The notes: a model not told the origin generated them from the sequence alone. DNA of 64,000 bases from Nemertoderma westbladi (GCA_032718475.1 JAUCBJ010009041.1:62001-126000), one strand, 5' to 3'. Positions 36,634-50,255 are shown, numbered from the stretch's first letter. Program-made: numbers and translations.

Positions 36634-38388
36634 TCAGTCGGTGGGTTCATCGAAGATAGATAGAACATTCAACCCGGAGTGGTCTAGGTTAATCCGGTCC
36701 AACACACCGCACCGATGGTCCTTAATATACAGGAAGAATAGAACGATAGCGTGGAATATCGCGTCCCTGCTGGGGCCTAGGTCGAAGGTGCGGCGTTCCA
36801 GAACCAGCTGGAACCTCGGCGGAAACGAGTGGCTCTGGTAGATAACCATCTGGTTCTCAGAGTCCCCGCAAGGCGGCTTCATAGGCGACTTGACAACGTA
36901 ATTCTGGGAGAATGAGTTCTTGTGCTCTGGGTTGAATACCATTCGGGAGTCCATATAGCAGCAGAACATGTGAAGGACGATATCCGAGTCGGTGGGGAGA
37001 CTGTCCTTAGAGTTGGAGGGGTAATCCTCGTCGTTCGTGTTAAATTCAGCTAAACAGCCGCCCTTAGCTAGGAGAGAGATGCGTTTAACTAGGTAGTCTT
37101 GGTTCGGTGATAGTTCGAGGTAGGGGATGAGTTGGGATAACTTCGGGATGTGTCTAGTGGATAGAATCCGCAGCGATGCCAACGAGGCTAATCCCAGTCG
37201 GCCTTCTAGCATCCCCAGTCGCAGAAGGTGCTCGTTAACTTCGGAGAAAGCCGAGTCGATTCGGTGGAAGATTGTGGCGGCCAACCACATCCGGAGACGA
37301 CCGGACCAGAGCGAGAGAAGTGACGGGGTTGTCTGGAAGTAGGCGAGTAGAGCGGTGTTCGCGGAAAGTCGTCCCGGGGATCGGTTAGTGGTGGGAGCTG
37401 GGGTCGAAGGAGATGGTTGGTAAATGGACCGGGAGAGGGAGGGCAGTAGGTCCCACCACGAACGGGCGCAGCTCCACAGGGAAGGACGGAAGGACTGGTC
37501 GGTGGGTCGGAAGGAAGGGGGACGGTAGAGGGAGTCGTAGGGAGAATGGTCGGCGTAGCCGCTGGTGTAGAGGGGGGAGGGGGCGGGGAAAGAAGAGGGA
37601 GAACCGTGGAGGGGAGGGGAGCAGGTGTGGAACAGGTTGGGTGAGAGAATGGATGAAGAGATAGGAGTTTGTTGGGAGTAAGAGTGGTCCAGGGAGGTGT
37701 GTTTAATTAGGGAGTTAGCTAGGAACGTTCTAGAAGGGGAAATGGAGGGGCGGCGGGCTGGGGATGGAGTTCTTCGGTTCCCCGGATAAAATATAGAACC
37801 CGCAGATCCCGGACTGTAGTGGTTGAGAGTCGAGAAACTTTGGTTGAAGTAGGAAGATCGTTCGTGAATCAATCCGGTGAGGCCAGGGGTGCTGATGCTG
37901 TGGGAGAGATAGAAGTTGTCCCGTTGGTAGGGAGGCGGAGTTAGGTATGAGTTTGTGGAGGATCTGCGGGGCGGGGTGGACAGGGAGAACTCTACGGGTG
38001 GTTGCGGAGAGTCGGAACGGGACGGCTGGCGCTTATTAGCAACCGTGTTCCCCGTAATTCCACGCAGAACGGCCCACATCTTGGCGAATCTAACGAACCA
38101 CACGCTGCTGTTCAGGAGGAAGACGACCGCTATTGCGCTCTCGAGAAGAGTCACAGCGTGCCAATAGCCGAAACCGAGAAAATTACACAGGGAGATCTCT
38201 AGGAGGAATACAATAGCTAGTAGAAGGTTGAGAGACCCCCAGCCCAACGCCCAAGCCTGATTGCGCCTCGCAAAGTGTTTCTCGAATATGTAAGAAATGT
38301 AGGGGCTGTGCAATGCCCCGGCAGATTTACGTTTCACGTTATCTCCGCTACCGGTAGACATATTATAGTCGAAGGACACATCCATCAT
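36634..38388 (-). CDS. TMEM209: Transmembrane protein 209 (nuclear envelope), single exon
   Basis: Two N-terminal hydrophobic helices, S/P-rich middle, then LRMWL...PYLE..NQDYLVKRISLLAKGGCL...LPTDSDIVLHMFCCYMDSR, the TMEM209 conserved domain. Confidence 0.88.
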   Translation of the reverse strand: MMDVSFDYNMSTGSGDNVKRKSAGALHSPYISYIFEKHFARRNQAWALGWGSLNLLLAIVFLLEISLCNFLGFGYWHAVTLLESAIAVVFLLNSSVWFVRFAKMWAVLRGITGNTVANKRQPSRSDSPQPPVEFSLSTPPRRSSTNSYLTPPPYQRDNFYLSHSISTPGLTGLIHERSSYFNQSFSTLNHYSPGSAGSIFYPGNRRTPSPARRPSISPSRTFLANSLIKHTSLDHSYSQQTPISSSILSPNLFHTCSPPLHGSPSSFPAPSPLYTSGYADHSPYDSLYRPPSFRPTDQSFRPSLWSCARSWWDLLPSLSRSIYQPSPSTPAPTTNRSPGRLSANTALLAYFQTTPSLLSLWSGRLRMWLAATIFHRIDSAFSEVNEHLLRLGMLEGRLGLASLASLRILSTRHIPKLSQLIPYLELSPNQDYLVKRISLLAKGGCLAEFNTNDEDYPSNSKDSLPTDSDIVLHMFCCYMDSRMVFNPEHKNSFSQNYVVKSPMKPPCGDSENQMVIYQSHSFPPRFQLVLERRTFDLGPSRDAIFHAIVLFFLYIKDHRCGVLDRINLDHSGLNVLSIFDEPTD

Positions 38389-41300
38389 CAGGCAATAACG
38401 TCACACGTGTGTCGACTGCTAGTTAGTATCTGTCAGTCTGTTATATTTAATCTGTAATTATCGTCAGTACCAGAGTAGGCTACAGCAGTACCCTAACCAG
38501 CTAACCCTACCCACTACCTAGGTACCGGTACCGGTATAGCAGGCGTTACGCTGTTACAGCCTACAGGCAACGAACAGACTGACATGTACATGATGTACAA
38601 AATAAATAAACAAAAATTAGTTCAGCTGTTCAGGTAAAACAATTTATTATATGAAATATACTTTTCATGCCCTATATTTTTTACTTCCTATCACCTATGC
38701 CCTAGGGCCTATATAATTACTTTAATGCCCTATATAATTTTATTACTTTTTAGTTTTTATGCCCTATATTTTTTACTAATTACTAGGTCTCATACTGAAG
38801 CTTTAGGTCCTCTAGCGTTACTAGAGTTAAGCGCTAGCTTTTAGGTCCTGGAGCGGCGTTAAGTCCTGTAGCATATATCTGACTGCAGGACTGGTTTTCT
38901 AATTCACTGATTTTACAATATTCCCCACTCTCGTTTATTGTTTAGGTTCCTTTCAACTCGCTTCTGTACTTGCTCCTTTATTAACCTGCCTGGTTTTGGG
39001 TGACAGGGGGGAAACTATGGACGCAAATCCCATCTTGGCGAATTAATATCCCGCCTCAATGTTTAAATTCTCAATTTGGTAAAGATCCTAAATTCGTCAA
39101 CACCGGGGTCAATTTTTTTTAATAGCTAATTAACATCTGAGTTTATTTTTTTACCAGCACATTATTGTATTTTATGGATTCAATAGTGATTAATTGATTA
39201 TTGGTACCGTTTTTGAAAAATTTCCCAGTCTTGTGGATAATAATTTTAATTCAATATTATGTTACCTTAGTAGACTAGTACTGTAGGTTGTCCGTTGTGG
39301 TGTATACCGTTTGACACAATTTCGTCGTAGATGGTTTTAAATTAAAAAACAAAGTGTCATTTTCCGTCCCGTCACTATTTGGTTGACTATTATTAATGCT
39401 ACATTTCTATGAAAGACTTAATTTGTATGAAACTGTACAAAGTTCTGAGACGTTACTATATTCAGCAAGTTAGAGCCTCAATGGTTAAGTAGTTTTGTAC
39501 TGGACGCTGCATAACATGTTCGTGACTGGACGGAATTTTATATTAATTCCGTCCCGTCACGGGCGACGAGTTCCTGGAATTCCTATTTTACTTATATTAC
39601 TGGTCAACAGAGCAACGATGTCTGTGAGCATTGAGAGAAGTTAACATAGGCCTACAGTTTTAGTACGGCAAATATTTACCTTGTCCATCTGTCCGTCTAT
39701 ATGTCTGTCTGTCCATATATGTCTGGATCAATTTTTGGTTCTATCACTTTTGCGTACCGATAGATGTTAGTGTATCATACTGCCATATACATGATTGCTT
39801 TGCTACTGACTTCTTACTACAATCAGTATCGGTATTTTTTGGGGTATAGAGTGCGACTAGGGGTACCGGTACTGACTGTCTGACCATGTAACTACTGACT
39901 GTCTGACCATATGGTTTCCCTCAATTGGTAAAGTGACCGCTTATTGTTTTGGTTATAAAAGCATGCCTCTGAAACCTGCTCCTTTCCCTCAATTGAGTGT
40001 TTCAGTGTTTCTGAAAACCAACCAACGGTGTTTTGGACACTTTTGAAAAAAAAATGTCCATCAGTACACTATTGCGACTTCCCCCAATTTTTGAATGTCA
40101 ACATATCGCGGCAAAATCAATAGCTACAGTACTGTACAGTAGGTAGGCAAATTAAATTAAATTTGTAGGCCCATGTTTGTTTGTTAAAAACATTGTATCA
40201 CATCGCAAGATATTTGCACTTTGTTGCTCTTGGTGGCTGGCTGAGCCATTGCTGCGAACTGAAACAATATTTTACTACTTTCAGTTTCAGTTCGAATAAA
40301 ACTGTTTATTGGGTATTACAGTTCCAGTTTCCCAAAAAAATAGTTTCAGTTTCGGTTCTAGCTTTGCATTTCCATTTCAAAGTGTTTCCATGGCTTTTTG
40401 AAGTGTTTTCTTACACAGAATCTACAGTTAGTAATTGAATATGATTGTATTTTGAGTCCTGGATTTCAAATTCCCTTCCTTATCACGTCATATTCTAACA
40501 ATTTAATTATTAAAATTCTTTTGACGATATCAATTTTATTAGAAATGGTGTGTTAATGTTGGATGTTCGAGGTCATCATATTAGGCAAGACCTTCGCACT
40601 TTCCGAGGTGCGTCTGAATTCTTATCTTTCTTTGTTTAAAATAAATTGTTGAATTTATTTGTATATTATTGTTTCAAACCTTTAGATCCATAACTTAACA
40701 GTAGGCCTACAGTATATAACGATAAATAATCTTTTTGACGGCGATATTCCACAATTACAGTAGAAGCTACTGTACTGGGTTGTACTCACAAGGCAATGAC
40801 TTATTATTGTCTGTGTTACAGATAATACTGTAGGTTATAGAAATCAGTTCCATTGGTGTGTCCATGGGGGCGCTGTGTCCATGGGGTCGCGCGGTAAATT
40901 AAGTTTAAATTTTGGTGATGCCAACAATACTGTACTTATTATTTGGGGCTTAGGTTTGAATTGGCTTAGTTATGTAAAAGATTTTTATTCTGTCTGATAA
41001 TAAATTCGTGTGAGGGTAGTCTCGGTGGTGTACGAGAAATTTTCTAGACAACTTCAAACTATAATTATTTTGTTGTAATCATGTAATGAAACATATAAGC
41101 TGTTGTGATTATAGAAGATAGAGAGCAGTTAGCGAAATTATTATTTTATTCTATCGGATAGAGTAGTCGGAGAGGAGTCGAGGTGTCAATTGATTAATAG
41201 TAATAAAAGCAGTTGTCATGAATTCAATACAATCGCGCACAAGAAGTGATAAGACAAATTCTCTCTTATTTTTGAAAATAAAACAAGTTGAAATGTTTCA

Positions 41301-42373
41301 ATTTAAACCGCGATTTAACAATAAATTTAATTAAATACAACATTTTTATATTATTATTTATTATAGCATAGGACATTTCAGTACACTTAGTAGGCCTACC
41401 CGATAGTCAACAGAAGTACAACTCTGTCTAACTAAAATTCATTCAGCTGGTGTGCCGGTGAGTAACCTTGTAAATATTCCCATATAATTCACTGGGAAGA
41501 GCTATCAGCTGGGTAACAGTTGATGTAGATGTTTGCCTACTGTCTGGGATAGAGTGACTGAGTAAACACAACCTTTCAAAACTAAACTTGGCACAACATT
41601 ATTTCTCTGCAGTTTGGGCCTATTCAATAGCATTCATTTACTAGGCCCTCTCTATCATTTCTTTTTCATGAGCACACCAGCTGGTGTTTCTATCATTGAG
41701 TCTATGGCAATTTTCGTGCAATGGGGATATTTTTCGAAATAAAACAAGTTGAGATATTTCAATTGAAACATATGTTTCAATTTAAACCGCTATTTCACAA
41801 GTACCCATAGAAATCTATTTTCATGTTTCATGCAAAATTTCATCAAAATCGTTAGAGCCGTTTTTGCTCTAAGTCAGTAGTCAGTTGTCAGTAGTCAGTA
41901 GTCAGTAGCTTTTTTTCTTACAGTAATCAAGTCTAACGAGTTGCTAACTAGAGAATCTTACTGCATGGTAGTGAGTCCATTGATAACGACCAGCTGGCTA
42001 TGGTTGCCAGGCAATGTCGTTTATAAACAGGTGAGGAGTCCATACCAGCTGACAAGTGACACCCTAACTGTACCTACCCTACAGTACCGTACTGTAGTTT
42101 AACAGCTGATGCTGTATGTTGAGATTTGTACAGTGTACAATCTCAACACACAGTGTACAATGTACACTGTATCACTGTATGCAGGTATGCAACCCGTAAG
42201 TCAACATATATTTTTATAAGTCTTGAAATTAATACAGTATATTGATTATTAATCAACAATTTCTTACTTTTTAATTTAGATTCCGCTGGTTGTATTGTAG
42301 TATACTGTAGGCTAGTAATAATAAATTTAAAATATATTCATTTAAGCATTAATCAACTTTGATACCTTGTAAT

Positions 42374-43300
42374 ATGTTGTGTGAGGTAAACGAGTTATAC
42401 GGGGGACGTTTCCTAGCGCTATGGGCAACCCTCACGGTGGGTGCGCTATCGATGCTATTGGTGATGTCCGGCACTCTATTCTGGAAGTATTACGTCAACG
42501 CATCCTACCAATCCTGGCGATACAAATCCAACCCCAAGTACCCACCGGTGGAGAAAATCCGCGACGAGATAATTACAATGTGTAAAGGGTTAATGGCGGC
42601 GACGCTATGTCCCACCGCTGCTATATATATGTGTAACCCGGGATATTCCAAAGCCTATTGCGGTGTAGATAAATACGGTTGGCCGTATCTCATAGGTACC
42701 TTCTTTTTCTGCTGGTGCCTTTCGGATTTCCTAGAGTTCTTCTACCATCGCCTCGGCCATATCTACGACAGCCTCTGGAACATCCACAAGTTCCACCACG
42801 TATTCTACAATCCTTCACCGTTCTCTGTTATTGCCGATGAATATTTAGATCAGTTGGTCCGAGCCTCTCCCATTCTCATATATCCTCTCATCTTCCCAGT
42901 TAACATCGACATGCTTTTCCTTCAGTTCGCGGCGTTTTTCTACGCGTACGGCGTTTACCTCCACTCGGGCCACGAGCTCGACTACCCCGACGCCCATCAC
43001 CCGTGGATAAACACCGCCTTCCAACACTACCTACATCACGCCAAGTCCATCAAGAATAAACCCTACCATACCGGCTTTATGATAAAGTTGTGGGATAATT
43101 TGTTCGGTTCGATCTATCAGGGAGATTGCTTCTGCAGTAAATGCTCCCGAGAGAGCGGCGCTCGCTCAGTGGAGGAGTGGGAGAAAGTTGAGAAACAGGA
43201 TTACTCGCCGCTCTTGGATTTGGAGTTTTGGTGGACCGGCCAGACGAGAGAAACTCGTAAGCTCACTCAAGGGAAAACCATCAGTTTTGCGCCAATGTAA
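42374..43300 (+). CDS. Sterol desaturase / fatty-acid hydroxylase family protein (lathosterol oxidase, SC5D/ERG3-like), single exon
   Basis: His boxes HRLGH, HKFHH, HYLHH plus YLHSGHE, NPSPF and WDNLFGS; hydrophobic segments; first ATG at 42374. Confidence 0.88.
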   Translation: MLCEVNELYGGRFLALWATLTVGALSMLLVMSGTLFWKYYVNASYQSWRYKSNPKYPPVEKIRDEIITMCKGLMAATLCPTAAIYMCNPGYSKAYCGVDKYGWPYLIGTFFFCWCLSDFLEFFYHRLGHIYDSLWNIHKFHHVFYNPSPFSVIADEYLDQLVRASPILIYPLIFPVNIDMLFLQFAAFFYAYGVYLHSGHELDYPDAHHPWINTAFQHYLHHAKSIKNKPYHTGFMIKLWDNLFGSIYQGDCFCSKCSRESGARSVEEWEKVEKQDYSPLLDLEFWWTGQTRETRKLTQGKTISFAPM

Positions 43301-44896
43301 TTAATAAGGCACAACTAATACTGCAAAGTATTTATTTATTAATTAAGTTGATTTGATTATTTATAGATACCATTATGGAGTAATATTCTATACAGTATAA
43401 TCGTTTTAATGATTAATATCCCGCCTCAATGTTAAATTCTCAATTTAGGGAAAGGAGCAGGTTACAGTGGCACGTTATTTTAACCAAAACAATAAACTAA
43501 ACAAAATAGAACAGGTTACAGTTTTATTTTTAGGAGTAATCCTCTGTTATTTGCGTCGATTTTCCCCTGGAGAGGGATGAATTTTTATTACGTCGAAGTC
43601 CCCCCCCCCCCCCCCCCCATCCCCCTCCCAATCTGATATCTTCGGAGGGGCTCGATCCTGTTTGGTACAATTCAACCTAAGTATAAATGTTAAGTTTTCT
43701 CGGCCTCATTGGCCATGGAAATCGCACGAAATCTCTGATGACATTGTGAACCTTTATCACTCACTGTCAGTCCCTTTAGAGCATTCATGCTGAAATGACA
43801 GCTGAGTTGCGCTTCTTAATAATACTAGTTAATATTTGCACTAAATAAATAATGGGGTTTATAGGGCCTACTATATTAGTTAAGTTCAGATATAATAATA
43901 TACCGTAACTCACATAAGAACCATCCCAGACTTGTAACTACAGCAGGTAAGTTACTGGTTTTATTTCAACCGGCTTATAATGGATAATCCTTTAGTTTCC
44001 AGCTATCTTATAAATTTACTGTAATATTAATAATATATAATATATTTTATTTTATATGTTAAACGTCTTGTAGGGTGTTTAGTAAAGTAATTAATACATT
44101 ATTTTTACTTAGCAGTATAAGTATTTGTGCTTATCATAAATTAATTTTGAATAATATTTATCTTCATGTGACCGACATACTGTACTGATGGATGTTAATG
44201 TTGTTATTAATTGAAACTATTATTCCTCCTGATCAGCTACGGAGTTTGATAATGTATAACCTTGTATATGTATCCCTGAGTAAAATAACGAGTATATTTC
44301 ATTACGCAAATTTATTTTCTTTCAAAATGAAGTTTTTTATTTGTTTTAACCTGTACGTTCGTCATTCAGTATTGATTATTTTTCTGCAATTTGAATAAAT
44401 AATGTTATCGGTGACACCAGAGATACTCAACATCTGAGCACAGCACTCATCTGAGCGGGACTAATACTGTAACAAACAAAATACGAATTGTATTTAAATA
44501 AATGAGATGCTATCGAAATGAGACCTTAAGGATGTTACTGTAGATAAACAGGCCATTGCGCAAACAATTACGCTTAATCAATATCTGGTTGTCGCACGGC
44601 GTACAGGCCTTGTCATTAATGAGTCATCCACCTACAAACAATACGGCCTAAATAGTTCATCATTGTTTCTACCAACCATTAGAAGTACGATGAAGTGCTC
44701 TTGGAATATTCGCAGAAAGTTTATGTGACAGAAACAACTGATTCTAAAGTATTTGCTCTAAAATTATGCAACACTAAATATTAGTAATAATACTACTAAT
44801 AATAATAACAAAGAGTTGCCTATATATTATATGTTATTTTTTCACTGAATATATGTGATCTATTATTTAATAATTTATTTAACATCAGAAGATTGA

Positions 44897-45052
44897 GTAG
44901 GACTACAGTACTGTACAGTAGGCCTACTGTACAGTACTGTAGGCCTACTGTACAGTACTGTAGGCCTACTGTACAGTACTGTAGGACTACTGTACAGTAC
45001 TGTAGGCCTACTGTACAGTAGGCCTATTGTACAGTACTGTAGGCCTACTGTA
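44897..45052. repeat. 21-bp minisatellite built from palindromes (tactgtacagtactgtaggcc)
   Basis: Read directly; about 7 imperfect units. Confidence 0.9.
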
Positions 45053-45524
45053 AGGCATCATGACAACAACAATACAATCATTGAAATCGCTGTATCTATG
45101 GTAGCAATATTATAGTCAAATAAATACTCAATATAATAATACTCAAATAAAAAATTTATTTTGTAACACTATATCGCTCTTTCTTTTATTAAAGAATTTA
45201 GCAACAATACATTACCAATTTTTTTTTATGATTTTCCACAGGAAATCGGTTTAATTTACCAATTATATACAATACCAATTACGCAGAACATTTTTTTAAT
45301 TATTACCTCTACCAATTATTAAACTCTTTGGCATTTGGTAAATTAAATAGAGAATAGTGAAAAAAGTTCTACTTTTTTCCCTAATAATTAATAATTTTTA
45401 TTCCAAAATTGTAGCAATACTCAACGCCGTTTGTATTAACAGCGAGTTGTTATTTAGCACTTTACAACTTTAGAGGACATTACAGCATTGTATTGGCCTG
45501 TACATTTAGTATTGTATTTGGTGT

Positions 45525-45615
45525 TATTGTTTACGTGGTAACCCATGACGGCGTTAAGTAATGTCCACTAAGGGGACATTACTTAACGCCGTCATTGGAT
45601 ACCACGTAAACAATA
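45525..45615. repeat. Near-perfect 91-bp palindrome (42-bp arms, 7-nt loop)
   Basis: tattgtttacgtggtaacccatgacggcgttaagtaatgtcc / ggacattacttaacgccgtcattggataccacgtaaacaata; 2 mismatches. Confidence 0.92.
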
Positions 45616-45884
45616 GGTGGAAATTTGCCTGACAGCCAGATAGGCCTACTGCATTACCCTACCGGTTGGCAGGGTATTGCTTTTAATAACCAGTATGGCC
45701 TAGCTGTATTATTATAACATGACTCCAAAAGCCACCATAAATATAAGCTAACTTATTTATAACATAATTTATGTCATTTTTACAATTATTTATACAGCAA
45801 CTAATATAATTTGTGCAGTTTCTATCACTTATAATGTATATGTTCAATCATTTCGTAATGTTAAAATTTTGGAATAAAACTACA

Positions 45885-46020
45885 CACATACTTGTTGCAA
45901 AGCACTTGACAGTGTTCTGATCCTCGTGGCTTTATTTTCACTCACCCACTAACGTTCGTTCGTGTAACAAAGCCACTCGGATCATCACACTGTAAAGTGA
46001 TACTTTACACATAAGTATGT
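45885..46020. repeat. Imperfect palindromic MITE-like element
   Basis: acatactt..cacttgacagtgt..tgatcc.cgtggcttt pairs with aaagccactcggatcatcacactgtaaagtg..aagtatgt. Confidence 0.7.
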
Positions 46021-46130
46021 AAATAGTTAATTATTATTCCATCTTTATACTAGCTAAAATTTGATAATATGATAGTGATTTGATATTGTATTATAAATAA
46101 ATGACTATAATTGTTAACTATTTACACAAC

Positions 46131-46320
46131 GACAGGTTCATTAATTGTACCCCTACGCTAAGGCTCACCTTACTTCGTGGCTCGCACCACAGGTTCATTA
46201 ATGGTACCCCTGCACTAAGGCTCACCTTATTTTGTGACTCGCCCCAAAGTCACTCCGATTGAGTTAGTGGTATCCGTATGCTAAACTCGCTTACTTTCGT
46301 GGCTCAAACCACATAGGAGG
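46131..46320. repeat. ~58-bp tandem repeat, 2 clear plus 1-2 degenerate copies
   Basis: acaggttcattaat.gtacccct..ctaaggctcacctta recurs. Confidence 0.75.
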
Positions 46321-47320
46321 TAATGGTGCCAGACTAATAAGCCAGCTTGCTTATTGTTTATCTCGCAGAATGATTGGCTGAGTATTTAATCGTGATTCTT
46401 CTTAATAATTAGCTAAATAATTTCGTTGAGGTGTTGGTTGACATGAAAAAATTAATATTTCAGAATCAATACTATTGGCATAAAGTAGGTTTTAGTATTA
46501 CTTACAATTAATGTCGCCTCCACGCCTAAAATATATTTAATCTATTTAAATTAAAACACTAATTTCCTGTTAATACCTCTGCCTTGCATCAATCGTCTGC
46601 GCGCCTTTGGGATGCGGTTGTGCAGATTAAGAGGGCGGTTGAAGGGGGAACTTTCCCCTCTACTTTAATTATTGGCATCCCTAAATTTTAATCTGTATCA
46701 CATAACTGAGCCTCGTGCTGCGCGAAGGCCCCATGAACATATTACGGTAGTATAATGATGCAAGTACTACACAATACTACAGGACTGGAATACTGCCTGA
46801 TCCAACTGCGCTAGCGAAAACCATTCAGTTCCCGGTTTGCGTTTAATTTTCGGTATTATAATAATAACTCTAGGGTGGGGAATATCGCGTCGGCAATCTT
46901 ACAGTAATAAATAATGTCAAATTCATATATTCATATATATGTATACGAATATGTAATTAAATATTGTTTGGAATTAAACATTATTTATTAATGTTATTTT
47001 TTTCTTCTTATTTTAATATAAACTCAAAACCAAATTTAATACATTCTGAACGTATATGGAGATAATAAAGATATAAAATATCGAATCAAAAGATGACAAT
47101 AATTACCATAAAGTTTACGGTACAAAGTTTATATATTTATTAATGTTGCTCATTATTATTGTTAATTGCTATATACTGTACTTATATTTTGAATTATTTA
47201 TATAAACGCTGGATAGAAGACAAACCTGTATTATTGTTCAAGGCAGAGACAATATTATTGTACATATTAATTCGGTATTTAGGTAGCCGGTAAACTTTTG
47301 TTAACAATTCCGGCGTGGCG

Positions 47321-48685
47321 ATGATGAGCAGGAAAAATAACGAAAGTTTCCTCCGCTCTACTCGAGTCGGCAATATTGACAAAGTTATTGAATTTTTGAA
47401 CAACGGAATTGACATAAATACATGCAATGAGAATGGTCTGAGTGCCCTTCACATCGCCTCTATAAAGGGACATAACCACGTTGTAAACGAGTTGATTAAT
47501 CGCAACGCGAGTATCAACTTGACGACCAGGAAAGGCAACACAGCTCTTCATGTCTCCTCAATAGCAGGGCATCATTCAATAGTTAAAGCGCTGGTGAACG
47601 CGAATGCCAATGTGAATATTCAGACGCTGAAAGGGTTCACCCCATTGTACATGGCGGCTCAGGAGAACCACAGTTCAGTGGTTCAGTTATTACTGCAGCA
47701 CAACGCTAGTCAGACTATTGCAACCACAGACGGGTTCACGCCTTTAGCAGTGGCGCTTCAGGAAGGACACCACAATATTGTGGCTGTTCTACTAGAGAAT
47801 GACACACGGGGTAAACTAAAGTTGCCCGCATTACATGTGGCGGCTCGTAGAAATCACAGCAAGGCGGCGGAGTTGCTTCTTGTAAACGGACACGATCCAA
47901 ACCTCACGTACAAGGGTGGCGTTACTCCGCTTCACGTTGCAGCTCATTATGGTAACGCGAGCGTGGGTTTGTTGCTACAGCAACACGGCGCAAACGTAGA
48001 TTGCATCGATCGCAATGGAATTACACCGCTACACGTTGCCGGAAAGATGGGTCGTATAGCCATGGTAACACTCCTTCTAGATAAAGGCGCTTCTATAGAG
48101 TTGGCAACCAAGGATGGTCTGTCTCCCTTACATTGTGCCGCTCGGACTGGCCAAGATACTGTTGTAGATCTCCTATTGGATAGTCGGTGTAGAATAGCCC
48201 CGAAGACAAAGAACAGACTAACCCCATTACACATGGCAGCTCAAGGGGACCACGTTGTCTCAGCTAGACTTCTTCTGCACCACAAGGCGCCAGTAGATGA
48301 CGTGACCGCCGAATATCTAACTCCTTTACACGTGTCGGCCTACTGCGGGAGCCTTAGGGTCGCCAAGTTACTCCTCGAACACGGAGCGACGCCTGATCCG
48401 CGTACGATGAACGGGTATACGCCACTCCACATAGCCTGCGAGAAGAATAGCATTCAGGTTATTGAGTTGTTGCTACGATACGGTTCAAACATCATGCTAT
48501 CCACGTCGTCTGGTTGGTCGGCGCTACACTTGGCTTGTTTTATGGGTCACGACGATGTGATTAAAGTTCTATTGGAGAACAAAGCGGATATCAAGCATAT
48601 GAACGACCTCGGAGAGACACCGTTAGATCTGGCACGGCACGCAACCGCAGTGGAGTTATTGTTAGACAACGGAGCCAATCCTTAG
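47321..48685 (+). CDS. ANK: Ankyrin (ANK1/2/3 family) membrane-binding repeats only; single exon, C-terminally truncated
   Basis: [32 protein letters not shown]..., [13 protein letters not shown] and [20 protein letters not shown] are diagnostic of canonical ankyrins; ~13-14 repeats then TAG; AATAAA at ~48762. Confidence 0.88.
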   Translation: MMSRKNNESFLRSTRVGNIDKVIEFLNNGIDINTCNENGLSALHIASIKGHNHVVNELINRNASINLTTRKGNTALHVSSIAGHHSIVKALVNANANVNIQTLKGFTPLYMAAQENHSSVVQLLLQHNASQTIATTDGFTPLAVALQEGHHNIVAVLLENDTRGKLKLPALHVAARRNHSKAAELLLVNGHDPNLTYKGGVTPLHVAAHYGNASVGLLLQQHGANVDCIDRNGITPLHVAGKMGRIAMVTLLLDKGASIELATKDGLSPLHCAARTGQDTVVDLLLDSRCRIAPKTKNRLTPLHMAAQGDHVVSARLLLHHKAPVDDVTAEYLTPLHVSAYCGSLRVAKLLLEHGATPDPRTMNGYTPLHIACEKNSIQVIELLLRYGSNIMLSTSSGWSALHLACFMGHDDVIKVLLENKADIKHMNDLGETPLDLARHATAVELLLDNGANP

Positions 48686-49394
48686 ATGGAAGAATTTTAA
48701 AACTCGCGGGTCAATTTATTGTTCGATTTGCCCATACCGCGTTGTACTCAAATAGGTCTATAAATAAATAAGTGTAATTCTAGTTGCCAAAGCCCTCAAT
48801 CCCATAACGAATAAAGTTCATAATGATGTAAGGTTATTTCTATACCGGCAACCTCGGTAGACTAGGGGGACTACGGGTTACTACGGTAGTACACTACCAG
48901 GATACGGACCATGATACATCATGATGATGGGGGGGGGGGGGGGGGGGGTCATATTTTTCTACAAATCTTTATCATATTGCTTGAAATTTGAAACACAATT
49001 AGTTCAACTCACCGTCGAGTACCCCATAAAGCCGTAATTTTCGACTTTGCCTTTACATTTTTATTAGCGTTTTATAAGTGTCTATTTTGTGAAATCGCAC
49101 CGCACCCTCCGTATCGTGGCCGTTCTTCTTCACATTTGCATCGCTTTGTACTGTACATATCGTTGGTAAGCTTGCGTTACAATAAAAATTGAAATATTGT
49201 AACATGATGGGCAATAAACAGAGAAAATTCAGTTGAGTTAATTTGAGGCGTGAAAGGCAAGAGATGGGCACTGGGGGCAGCTGAGCGCGTGGTATCGGTC
49301 GCAAATTGAGTTACAGTATCGGCAGTACCATTCGGGGAGAGCGTGTGAAACGGGGTTGAGTTTTTGCAGACGAGGTGGTGGAAACCGTGTGAGC

Positions 49395-49858
49395 TGCACC
49401 GTGTGGGTCGCACCGTGTGGGTCGTACCGTGTGGGTCGCACCGTGTCGGTCGCACCGTGTGGGTCGCACCGTGTCGGTCGCACCGTGTGGGTCGCACCGT
49501 GTGGGTCGCACCGTGTGGGTCGCACCGTGTGAGTCGCACCGTGTGGGTCGCACCGTGTGGGTTGCACGTGTGGGTCGCACCGTGTGGGTCGCACCGTGTG
49601 GGTCGCACCGTGTGGGTCGCACCGTGTGGGTCACACCGTGTGGGTCGCACCGTGTGGGTGCACCGTGTGGGTCGCACCGTGTGGGTCGCACCGTGTGGGT
49701 CGCACCGTGTGGGTCGCACGTGTGGGTCGCACCGTGTGGGTCGCACCGTGTGGGTCGCACCGTGTGGGTCGCACGTGTGGGTCGCACCGTGTGGGTCGCA
49801 CCGTGTGGGTCGCACCGTGTGGGTCGCACCGTGTGGGTCGCACCGTGTGGGTCGCACG
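49395..49858. repeat. 14-bp GC-rich minisatellite (caccgtgtgggtcg), ~33 copies
   Basis: Read directly. Confidence 0.98.
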
Positions 49859-50255
49859 CGTAATGTGGTGGCGGTTGCGTTGGCATTTAACTCACCATGG
49901 AAACATTTTTAAAGCGCTTATAAAATAATTTCAAGACAAAATCTAAAATTCCGACATTATTGTATTTTTTTCATTGTTATAAATTTTGTCATTTTTTATC
50001 TGGTCTATTGTTGTTCCACAAATTTATTTATTTTCATATTAATACTTTACTTCTCGAATTCATGTAATTTTCAATTTGCAAATGTTAACTTATTTTTAAC
50101 ATTAATTGAAATTTATTATATTAATATTATTATATTTTTGAGTTATTAATTCCTGCCTCACACACATCTTTATTATTCGTGATAGTTTTGGAAACTCATC
50201 AAATATAATATCACCTGTTTAGTTTTCTGGCTGATTAGTCACAATATTGATAGGA

